NCBI GenBank assembly: GCA_963749155.1 | Contig: CAVVLO010000002.1 | Span: forward strand, 416,001-480,000 | Length of the DNA: 64,000 nucleotides | From: an uncultured Armatimonadia bacterium | GTDB taxonomy: Bacteria > Armatimonadota > Zipacnadia > CAVVLO01 | Direction of reading: 5' to 3' | Shown here: piece after piece, positions 39,861-48,311 of the stretch | How positions within the stretch are numbered: the stretch's first letter is position 1 | How the letters are laid out: every line of letters starts with the position of its first letter | Program-made: the position numbers and the translations under genes | The notes under the pieces: model-generated | The model's database searches: none | What the model was told of the DNA's origin: nothing | The model's input: the letters and a program-made list of their open reading frames with translations, nothing else

Positions 39861-42143
39861 GTGATTCTCCTGAATAAGACTCTGATGGCAGTACTTGTAG
39901 TTTGTATTGCTCTAGGACTCCTGCTTGTCGGTTGTGGGAAGTTTAGTGGAGGCGGCAACGCCGACCCGTTCACTCTCGATTACACAATTGATGAGTCCAA
40001 TTCCGCTTTTTTCCTGGCCGGGGACTCCTACGCTACCCTGGCTTCTGCTTCGCCCTTCTACACAGGAGCTTATCCGGTACCCGGCAGCAACACTGCCGAG
40101 TTCGACCAGCTACGCGCAGCCAAAGTAGAGGAAATCAAAGCTACAGCTGCCCAGCTTGCCCAGACGGCTGCTTCGACTAGCAGTCAACTCGAGACACTTA
40201 GAGCTGCTTTCTTCGATGGACTCGACGCCGGCATCAAGCAGGATAAAAAACTGGCTGGCTTTGCCAGAGGCTGCGTAAAAGAGCTTGTAGGCCTTCAGGT
40301 TGAGACCGCAACCTCGCTTGTGCTCGCCGAGTCCGTGGTCATCCCTGAGCAACCTGCTCTAGTAAAAACCGAGTTCGAGTATCTTCAAGTGCTGCGTTCG
40401 ATGCAGGCTGCCCTGGCTGTCCTTACCGAAGCCGACCGACTGGTCGGGCTTGCCGCCGTAACCTGCAATGCGATGGACAAATCTAACAACGCCAAACTGA
40501 AAAGCGTCAGCGCAACACTCAACACTGCGATGGGCGCCTTCGACAGCCTCATGCCCCAACTCAAGAGTCTGGTTGCAGGTCGTAAATCAATTCTGACTGG
40601 CCTGGATCAAATACGGACCGCTGACCATTATCTGGCTCTTGCGGCCCTGGACTTCGCTGCAGAACAACTCCCCAAGGTGAAAGAGCAGTTCGCCACTATC
40701 AAGCCCTCTGAAAAGCTGACCGCGGAAGATATTGCCCTCTCCGGGCAGGTACTTGCTGGTCTGGAACAGGAACTCGCCTCAGCCCGTAAACTGCTTGAAG
40801 CTGTACCGGCGGATCAGCTAATCCCCGTCGAACAGGAGACCGCCGCATACGGCGATATTGCCTGGGCCGGTTATGCACCCAGCACCAGCTATGGTTACGG
40901 CCTGAAGATCTTCAAGCAGAAGGAGCCGGAGCTGAAGCGCCTGCCACCCAAGCCCAGTAAAACGATGCAGTTCGCAGCTGATGTCTGGACAGGCTTCCGC
41001 GAAGTGCCAGCAACCTGGGTCGAGTGGGCAGACCTCTCCTACAACTACGTAAAGAATGTCGGCCACGGAGTCATCGTCGAGGGCAAGTCGCTGGACGAGG
41101 CCAAAGAGGATCAGGCGCAGCTTTTCAAGGACTCCGAGGCGCGTTTCAAGGCGCACAAGCAGGGCTCCCACATCTTGCGCGACGCGAAGCAGAACATCGA
41201 GGATTTGGAGAACTACGCTGACGAGGCTACCTCGGGACTGGTCGAGAACTCCGTCGGTGGCGTCAACGTTCCCTGGGTCGCTGGGAAAGTAGCCAAAGCA
41301 GTTGTCGGGATATTTACTGGCTTTGCCAAAGGCACCTACGCGCTAGCCGATCCGACTTCTGACACTGGAGAGCTGGTTTCGGGCGGTATAGATATCGCTT
41401 GCTCTACTTTCGGGGGCAGCAAGGTCATCGCCAAGCCGACAATGCTGAAAGGTGCCGGGCAGCGACTGGGCGCCTTCCTGCAAAAATATGGGCTAAAAGC
41501 CGCAAGCGAGGGCCTGGAGCAGGTCGCTACGAAGGCCACCACCGAGGCGCTGGAGGCCACCAACCTGGCCTTGAAGGACAAACTCAAGGCAATGGGCGCG
41601 GCCTGGCTGAAAGAAGGCGGCGCGACGGCCAGGGAGTCGCTCAACGACTTCGCCAAGAAGACCTTCGAGGCCAATATGAAGGGCCTGAAAGAGGCTATGG
41701 TAACGATGCTGGGTGAGCGCGGCGGCACCGTGGTGGATAATGTGGTCGGCGAGATGGTGGACAACGCCCTGCAGGAGCTGGTCGTTGAGGCTATCAAGGG
41801 AGAAGTCGACTTCAATGGCACCTATTCCGGCGCCCTTCAGGGAGGAGCCGGGGGCTCCATTACTTTGACCATCTCGGGTACTTCGGCCTCTGGCACTCTG
41901 GGAGGCTCCCACAAGAAGGAAGCCTTCCACGGCAGTGTCTCCGGCAGCTTCGATCCCGCCTCGCGCAAGGTAAACTGCAAGATATCCGGCACCTTGGGCG
42001 TCGATAGTGACACCTCCTTCAGTGTCGGATTTACTGGCAAGTTGTCTGGCACAGCCGCCGAGGATGGCAGCAAGATCTCGGGTAGCTGGAATGCCGATAA
42101 CGAATGGGGGAACTCCTCCGGTAGTTGGTCGGCCCACAAGTAA
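39861..42143 (+). CDS. Large hypothetical lipoprotein
   Basis: Lipobox LVGC; long helical body; Gly/Ser-rich beta-type C-terminal domain; own promoter and terminator. Confidence 0.8.
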   Translation: MILLNKTLMAVLVVCIALGLLLVGCGKFSGGGNADPFTLDYTIDESNSAFFLAGDSYATLASASPFYTGAYPVPGSNTAEFDQLRAAKVEEIKATAAQLAQTAASTSSQLETLRAAFFDGLDAGIKQDKKLAGFARGCVKELVGLQVETATSLVLAESVVIPEQPALVKTEFEYLQVLRSMQAALAVLTEADRLVGLAAVTCNAMDKSNNAKLKSVSATLNTAMGAFDSLMPQLKSLVAGRKSILTGLDQIRTADHYLALAALDFAAEQLPKVKEQFATIKPSEKLTAEDIALSGQVLAGLEQELASARKLLEAVPADQLIPVEQETAAYGDIAWAGYAPSTSYGYGLKIFKQKEPELKRLPPKPSKTMQFAADVWTGFREVPATWVEWADLSYNYVKNVGHGVIVEGKSLDEAKEDQAQLFKDSEARFKAHKQGSHILRDAKQNIEDLENYADEATSGLVENSVGGVNVPWVAGKVAKAVVGIFTGFAKGTYALADPTSDTGELVSGGIDIACSTFGGSKVIAKPTMLKGAGQRLGAFLQKYGLKAASEGLEQVATKATTEALEATNLALKDKLKAMGAAWLKEGGATARESLNDFAKKTFEANMKGLKEAMVTMLGERGGTVVDNVVGEMVDNALQELVVEAIKGEVDFNGTYSGALQGGAGGSITLTISGTSASGTLGGSHKKEAFHGSVSGSFDPASRKVNCKISGTLGVDSDTSFSVGFTGKLSGTAAEDGSKISGSWNADNEWGNSSGSWSAHK

Positions 42144-42163
42144 GACGAAGCTCCAAGTAGCAA

Positions 42164-42198
42164 CGCCCCGGTCCACTTGGGCCGGGGCGCTTTATTTT
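42164..42198 (+). terminator. Rho-independent terminator
   Basis: CGCCCCGGTCC-actt-GGGCCGGGGCG followed by CTTTATTTT. Confidence 0.85.
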
Positions 42199-42213
42199 GC
42201 TTCAGTTTCGAGG

Positions 42214-43572
42214 CTAGTCTTCAGGCTCTACCTCGATTAAAATCCGCCTGTAAGCAACCAGAGGCGGCTCTCCTGAGTCGCAAACCTCCAGGATAACGTG
42301 AATCTCCGTCCCGCCGGCGTCCTCGGGCACAGTAAGGCGAGTCTTAGCCGCTGTCGGCGCTACAATTGCTACCTCACCTTCATAAGTACCTGCTTCAGGA
42401 TACACCCACCACTTGAAGCTCAGCTCATCGCCGTCAGGATCACTAGAGCGAGAGGCGTCCAGTTTGAGAGTCTTCCCAGGCTTGCTGTGAAGTCTCTCGA
42501 TACGCCGGCTCTTGTCCTTGCCCAGCGCTGCCACTGGTCGATGGTTGGCCTGGGCAAAAGGCTTCACGCACCAGTCGAGTCGGGCTTTGAAGTCGTTCTG
42601 CAAAGCCGCCGCCCAGCGCCCCAGGATATTATCTCGGTGGGTTGTGCCCTCCCAGGTGTCCACCGGAGAAGCCCAGTAACACGGCCGGCCCCCGTAGGCT
42701 TCGTTCAAAGCATAACGTCCGGCCCAGCTTCCCCAACCAGGGTGCTCGGGATCGTTCATCCCCGTCGGCACCAGGTAGAGGAAGGTCATCGTGTCGCCTT
42801 CCTTCTGCGGCCGGTCCGTGTTGGTCGGATAGAGCGCCCCCAGAGGTCCGTGGCCAGTACGGACATCCTGCTCCAGGTCGAACCCACCCGCCGTCGCCGT
42901 CAGCGCCGAGAAGCGATGATACCAGCGCCTGCCATCCACCTCAGGTTGAAACGCGTTCAGATAACACGGAAAGGGTGGCTCCAGCGTCGTTGTATGCTCG
43001 CCATACCTTTCCATCCCCGTGATGCGCAATCGCCGCTTGAACAGGCTGTAACCCTCCTGCCCGCGCTCGGTCAGCACCTTGTCGAGAGCGCGCTTCAGGT
43101 TGTTGCGGGCAGAGCCTTCATCAGCGCCCCACTCGCAATACCAGACTGGGCGCGGGTCGGGACTGTCCACGGCGGCGATAAGCAAGTTTACAGCCTCGTC
43201 TGTGTCGTCATAACCTGGCACCACTCTTGCCAGCAACTGGCCCGGCTCAGGATAGCGCCCATCATGCTGCACAAGGTTCGGATAGCACTCTCCATATGCC
43301 CTCACCAGCCTCTGGACAATCCCCAGGCCTGTGCGGTCTTCGGCTCGGTTGTCGCCGCGTGTTACCGGCCTGACGGCGATGATACCCTCGACGTCCCACT
43401 CGTTGGCGTATAGCAAAAAACGCACCAAGGACTGCTCATCGTCTGGGTCTCCCCCTGCGTCGGTCTCGATTATGACTCGGAGTTTTTCCGGAGCAGGTGT
43501 CGCCGCGTTCGCGCCGCCGCGCGCTAGCATCAAGCCCAGGATCAGCAACAGTGGGAGCAGCAGCAGCTTCAT
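42214..43572 (-). CDS. DUF1593 (nucleoside-hydrolase-like) secreted protein with Ig/PKD-like C-terminus
   Basis: TDAGGDPDDEQSLVRFLLYANEWDVEG, KEGDT, QNDFKARLDW and DASRSSDPDGD motifs. Confidence 0.9.
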   Translation of the reverse strand: MKLLLLPLLLILGLMLARGGANAATPAPEKLRVIIETDAGGDPDDEQSLVRFLLYANEWDVEGIIAVRPVTRGDNRAEDRTGLGIVQRLVRAYGECYPNLVQHDGRYPEPGQLLARVVPGYDDTDEAVNLLIAAVDSPDPRPVWYCEWGADEGSARNNLKRALDKVLTERGQEGYSLFKRRLRITGMERYGEHTTTLEPPFPCYLNAFQPEVDGRRWYHRFSALTATAGGFDLEQDVRTGHGPLGALYPTNTDRPQKEGDTMTFLYLVPTGMNDPEHPGWGSWAGRYALNEAYGGRPCYWASPVDTWEGTTHRDNILGRWAAALQNDFKARLDWCVKPFAQANHRPVAALGKDKSRRIERLHSKPGKTLKLDASRSSDPDGDELSFKWWVYPEAGTYEGEVAIVAPTAAKTRLTVPEDAGGTEIHVILEVCDSGEPPLVAYRRILIEVEPED

Positions 43573-43619
43573 CAGGTATCTCCTAATCGACTGGATTATT
43601 CCTGCCGAGATAAAGTAAC

Positions 43620-44639
43620 TTACAGTGCCTCGTGGGCCGTGGCGATGGCTTTTACGGTCTCGTCAGGCACCTCGGCCGACAGTTCACTCGTCCACAGCAG
43701 GCTGATACACTCGGCCGGAGAGGCCCCTTCGACCATCTCTCCAATGAAATCGCCCACCTCGCGCGGTCGTTTCTGTTCGACGAGTTCGGCGTTCACTATC
43801 AGGCTGAAGGGGGTCTCTTTATAAGACTGCCGAATTGCCCGGTAGTCGCTGCCTCCACCGATGTCCAGGGCGGTCGGATTGAGTGGTTTGTAGACGTCGA
43901 TGTAAGCATCGAACACCCCGCAGTGGTGCAGGTAGAAGTCGCCCACCTGCTCGCGCACCCACAGGTCAACTGGCAGCACGACCTCGCGGTAGACGCGCGG
44001 GGAGAGCATCACCGCTGGGCAGTTGCCATAACCGAAGACCATCCGGTCCAGGGGGAAACCCTCCGGCTGGATGAGAGCCGACACCTCTCGGTACAGCCTG
44101 AACTCCGTCTCAGCTATCACCCGTAGCACGTGTTGGGCGACCTTCGGGTCTGTCGCACACGCCATCAGGAAGTCTTCGGCATATATGTTGACAGCTACGT
44201 TGAGCGGACTGCCTGTGTTGATGCCTCCTGCGCAGGCTCCATACTTCTCGGCCAGCACTCGCGCTTCCCAGAGCCCTGTCTGGATGACCGGATTGGTCTC
44301 GAAATCCGGCACCTCGAGCCCTGCCATCGCTTCGAGTGACCGGTCCGGCAGTGGCAGGTTGGCCGGCGCCTGGTCCTTCGGATAGACAATCTCGCAGCCG
44401 AACAGCGCTGGCATAAAGTAGTTGCCGTAGCGCTGGCTGATATTGGGACCGGCGCCAGGGTCGGCGCTGCCCAGATTCACGTCCGCGAAACGCTCAAAGA
44501 GCAGTCGTTGCTGCTCCCGGAAGCCCTCTGTCCGCTCCACTGGGTCCGTCCAGAAGTCCTCTCCGAAGTCCATCCCGTATTGCCTGGCGAACCACGTCGG
44601 TGCGAAAGTAACCGCCACGGGATTGATAGCATGACTCAT
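43620..44639 (-). CDS. UroD/MtaA-fold protein (divergent)
   Basis: MLSPRVYREVVLP, YLHHCG and LDIG motifs; start overlaps the DUF4091 gene stop. Confidence 0.65.
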   Translation of the reverse strand: MSHAINPVAVTFAPTWFARQYGMDFGEDFWTDPVERTEGFREQQRLLFERFADVNLGSADPGAGPNISQRYGNYFMPALFGCEIVYPKDQAPANLPLPDRSLEAMAGLEVPDFETNPVIQTGLWEARVLAEKYGACAGGINTGSPLNVAVNIYAEDFLMACATDPKVAQHVLRVIAETEFRLYREVSALIQPEGFPLDRMVFGYGNCPAVMLSPRVYREVVLPVDLWVREQVGDFYLHHCGVFDAYIDVYKPLNPTALDIGGGSDYRAIRQSYKETPFSLIVNAELVEQKRPREVGDFIGEMVEGASPAECISLLWTSELSAEVPDETVKAIATAHEAL

Positions 44640-46357
44640 CTCTCATCACCCAGCAGGCGCGTTAAGCGAGCCTTGATCCAGTCGGCATCGCGTGGGAAGT
44701 CCGCATATCCCTTTATGTCCGCAAGCAGCGGGTCGTCAGGACTGATGAGGAGTGTCTGAAGCAGCGCATAATCCTGCAGCGACTCGGCGAAGACCTCCCA
44801 CCGGATAGAGTCCATCGGTCCTGTGGGCCCTGGATAGACCAGGAAGGGATCCCCGGGTGGGATGCCAGGCCAAGCCTCACCGCAAAGCTCGGTGAAGGGG
44901 TCGACCAGCCGCTCCTGCTCCATCGCATGCCAGTAGTTATAGCCCCAGTGCAGGAAGCCATCTGCCCTGAGTCGATAAAACAACCAGCCTGACATCCTGA
45001 CAGTGGCTAGTGGTGTGTCCAGGAGCCGCTGCAAATAGGGCCCTCTCGGCCCGCAACAGAAGTAGACCCAGTGTGGGATGCCCTCGTCGATATAGGCTTG
45101 AGCGGCGCTGATCACCGGGATCGGCGTGTCGGTAAGGCCTTGTCTGCCATATTCGATATCACTCAGCGCGTCCATCACTTTCATCCAGGGCGCAAGTTCT
45201 CTCAGCCACTCACGTGCCTTACGATAGCGGTCGACGTCATCGGCAGCCCCTGGCTCATCTGACAGGTGGAACCAGGAGTGTCTCAGCAGCTTCTCCTTGA
45301 GCAGAAAAGTGTGCCAGGCGGGCAGGTATTGTTCCAGGAAGATTCGGTAAGTGTCCGAGAAGGCGCCCGTCTCGATGGGCCAGAGCAGTTTCGCCTCGCC
45401 TTGGGCGTTGTTGTAGACCGGCATCGCGTTGTGCAGGCCCCAGTAGATCCACAGATGTGGCCACTCGAACTGCTCGAAGCCTGCCTTCCGAGCCAACTTG
45501 ATAAACCGCTCGACTCTGGAGAAGTCAAAGCTGTACTGGCCCGGCGAAGATTCATCAATTATCAGCAGTTGAGCAGGCCGTTTGAAGGTCTCGCGCCGCA
45601 TGAAGAGGCTCGGTACATAGCAGACATCGGTGCCGTGGGTGTGGAGATCGGTAAGGTAAGCTTCGGCAAGCTGCCACCAGCGCTCATCGAAAGGTTCTGT
45701 CTCATACCAGTCCCACAGACACTCCGCTCTCCACCAGTGCACAACAGGGAAGCCATGCCGCGGCTGTAATACGACCCGGCTGACCCTGGCCTTGGCCTCC
45801 AACTCGGCCTGTTGTGTTCCCTCGTGGAAGGAGAGCCTAGCTTTCAGAATATGCGAACCAGGCTGCGCGTCGGTGTTCGCCCTTACAGTCACCCAGAAGC
45901 TGACATTCTCACCCGGACCCACGTCGGCCACCTGGTCGGGCCAAAGCGGGTCGGGCACGTAGCCTGGGATGTACTCACTGCCTTCCTGCAGCGAGGGATC
46001 CACCTCGGTGGTGTGAAAACGCACCGGCACATAGCCGACGCGCCGCACCGTGGCAGAGAGCCCCTCGGGCGCCTCCACCTGGCACTCGACCCTCAGCGGC
46101 CAGACTCGCTCGTTGCGGCAGCATAACTGGAAGGACGCCTGGCCTCCGCGTGGCAACAGTACCTCGACAGTCTGTTGGTCGCCAGGCGCAGAGTTGGGGT
46201 AGACGCGCTCCAGGGACGAGGTAGCCCAGAACAGCAGGCGCGACCCTTCCACCCCATCCGGCTCGATTACAAGTGGCCCCTCTGCGCTCTTGCCGGGCAT
46301 GGCTAATGCAAGGACCAGTGCCAGCGCTAGAGCCGGCAACAGCAAGGCGTTCGCCAT
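44636..46357 (-). CDS. DUF4091-domain secreted glycoside hydrolase (GH123-like)
   Basis: Signal peptide; HLSDEP, GFLHWGYNYW, PGDPFLVYPG and SIRWEVFAESLQDY motifs. Confidence 0.82.
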   Translation of the reverse strand: MANALLLPALALALVLALAMPGKSAEGPLVIEPDGVEGSRLLFWATSSLERVYPNSAPGDQQTVEVLLPRGGQASFQLCCRNERVWPLRVECQVEAPEGLSATVRRVGYVPVRFHTTEVDPSLQEGSEYIPGYVPDPLWPDQVADVGPGENVSFWVTVRANTDAQPGSHILKARLSFHEGTQQAELEAKARVSRVVLQPRHGFPVVHWWRAECLWDWYETEPFDERWWQLAEAYLTDLHTHGTDVCYVPSLFMRRETFKRPAQLLIIDESSPGQYSFDFSRVERFIKLARKAGFEQFEWPHLWIYWGLHNAMPVYNNAQGEAKLLWPIETGAFSDTYRIFLEQYLPAWHTFLLKEKLLRHSWFHLSDEPGAADDVDRYRKAREWLRELAPWMKVMDALSDIEYGRQGLTDTPIPVISAAQAYIDEGIPHWVYFCCGPRGPYLQRLLDTPLATVRMSGWLFYRLRADGFLHWGYNYWHAMEQERLVDPFTELCGEAWPGIPPGDPFLVYPGPTGPMDSIRWEVFAESLQDYALLQTLLISPDDPLLADIKGYADFPRDADWIKARLTRLLGDER

Positions 46358-46388
46358 CCAGGATCACCCCTTCGAGTCTGCCCAGATG

Positions 46389-46414
46389 TTCGCTCAGCAG
46401 GACGCCTCCCCTGC
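46389..46414 (-). promoter_or_regulatory. Sigma-H/ECF-like promoter for the DUF4091 operon
   Basis: Minus strand GCAGGG-N16-CGAA. Confidence 0.55.
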
Positions 46415-46459
46415 AAGTGGAAGTAGTCCCTACGGCATATCAGAGAGGGTGAAGCGCTG

Positions 46460-47323
46460 ATGGCAGAGCGTATTGGGCTGATCGGGCTGGGCCTTGTTGG
46501 CTGCGCGCTGACGAAGCGTCTGATTGCCTCTGGCCGCACCGTAGTCGGCTTCGATATCGCTCCCGAAGCCTGCGGGCAGGCTACCGAGCTGGGCGTCGAG
46601 ATTGCCAGAAGTGCCCCGGAAGTGGCCTCGGAGAGCTTGAATCTCCTGCTCAGCTTGCCGGATTCCGACGTGGTGACCCGCCTGCTTTGGGAAGAAGGGC
46701 TGGCCGAGGCGCTGCGCCCTGGCGCGCTGGTGCTGGACACCACGACAGGCCGTCCTGCGGATGCGACCACTAACGCCCAGCGGTTGGCCGAACTTGGCCT
46801 GCGCTACGTGGACGCGCCGCTTTCGGGGTCGAGTGAGGAGATCGCCAAAGGCACTGCGACCGCGCTCGTGGGCGCGCCGGAGCCTGAGCCGAAGCTGCTC
46901 GATTTGCTGGAGGTCTTCGCGCGGCAGGTGTTCTTCCTCGGCCAGCCGGGCGCAGGGTGCCTCGCCAAACTGGTCGTGAACCACGTGATGGGCCTCAACC
47001 GCGCGGCGCTCGCGGAGGGACTGGCTCTTGGGCTTGCGGCAGGCCTCGACGGGGCGGAATTGCTCGAAGTGCTGCGCGGCAGCGCGGCCAACTCGCGCGC
47101 GCTGGAGCTAAAAGGCCGCAGGATGGTGGAGGGAGACTTCTCCCCTGCCTCGCGCATCGCCCAGCACGCCAAGGACGTGGCGCTCATCCTGGAGCTTGCG
47201 CGCTCCCTCGGCGCCCGCGTCCCACTGGAGGAAGTCCACTCCGCGCTGCTCTCTGAAGCCATCGGAGCGGGCCTCGGCAACCTCGACAACGCCGCTCTGA
47301 TCAAGGTGTTTCGGAAAGAATAG
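46460..47323 (+). CDS. NAD(P)-dependent beta-hydroxyacid dehydrogenase (HIBADH-like)
   Basis: IGLIGLGLVG, VDAPLSG, AKLVVN and KDVAL motifs. Confidence 0.92.
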   Translation: MAERIGLIGLGLVGCALTKRLIASGRTVVGFDIAPEACGQATELGVEIARSAPEVASESLNLLLSLPDSDVVTRLLWEEGLAEALRPGALVLDTTTGRPADATTNAQRLAELGLRYVDAPLSGSSEEIAKGTATALVGAPEPEPKLLDLLEVFARQVFFLGQPGAGCLAKLVVNHVMGLNRAALAEGLALGLAAGLDGAELLEVLRGSAANSRALELKGRRMVEGDFSPASRIAQHAKDVALILELARSLGARVPLEEVHSALLSEAIGAGLGNLDNAALIKVFRKE

Positions 47324-47333
47324 GGGATAAGCC

Positions 47334-48253
47334 GTGATGCGCTTCTTGATGATTGCCCTCGCCTGCCTGCTGCTTGCCCATACTGCCTGGTCCCTTAGCG
47401 AAGCCGAAGTCATCCAGGCGATTCGCGATTTCGAAGGTAACCAGAGCCTGGAGGTGACCCTTGAGAATCCTGATGAGTGGGACGCTCCTATCCCCAACGG
47501 GCATGGTAACCGAACCGTCTACAACGCCGTCGGTCCGCAGAGCAGGGGCCCTCGTGGCGACCTATGACGTCACAGTCGGTAACTTTCCCCAGTGGTCTTT
47601 GTCTCATACGAGACGGTCCGGTAGGCACGCCAGTGACTGAGCAGGAGGCAGCCGAGATCGCCAAGCAGTATGCAGCCCAAAAGCTAACGGGCTTTAACGC
47701 TGAGCCTCTACGGAGCCACCGGGGTAGGCTGTCAGCTTGGAGAATACGGGGTCGAATTGTGGCGCCTCTGGCTAATGGCGCTCGTACGCAGGCTCGGCGG
47801 CTGCAATGTCTGGTGTCACGCCGACACTGGTGCGGTAACCGCGTTCCACGGCAACTGCGGGTAGCTTGACCCCAGACAGTGAATCGGTCCCCGCACTAAG
47901 CCAGGAGACGCGCTGGCGCTGGCTCGGCAGAGGTATCCTGCTCTTGCTACAATCGAGCCCACGAGACAGCGTTTACGCTTACTGGAGACGGCTGGCTCTG
48001 CTAGGCGTTCGAGTTCCCCCGCAGGCAGGTATGCCCGAAGAGCCCCAGGCCGCGTCATCATTGATGCAAACTCCGGTGAGGAATTACTCGTCGACTGGTG
48101 GCGCGGGCGGGGTAGAGCCTCTTCAGATGGCCGACCATTGAGCAGCTTAGTGGACGCATGTCAGTCCGTCTCATTAGTTAGTGCAGGAGGCGTTGCCCTG
48201 GGGCTCTCGCCCTAGTGGCGCTACTCCTCTGGCGACGCAGGAAGCCTTCGTAG
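47334..48253 (+). pseudogene. Heavily frameshifted secreted protein with PepSY-like helices and a C-terminal anchor
   Basis: Signal peptide; fragments VTEQEAAEIAKQYA and ALALARQRYP in different frames; ends LALVALLLWRRRKPS* at 48253. Confidence 0.6.
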
Positions 48254-48274
48254 CATACCTATAGTTTTGTAACT

Positions 48275-48310
48275 GCCCCGGCCGTCCCCCTGAGGTCGGG
48301 GCTTTGCTTT
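48275..48310 (+). terminator. Terminator-like hairpin between convergent genes
   Basis: GCCCCGGCC-N10-GGTCGGGGC followed by TTTGCTTT. Confidence 0.6.
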
Positions 48311-48311
48311 G

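Noticed and set aside
39861..42143. Polymorphic toxin-immunity pair
   Set aside because: No recognisable toxin domain, and a terminator follows immediately with no immunity ORF.
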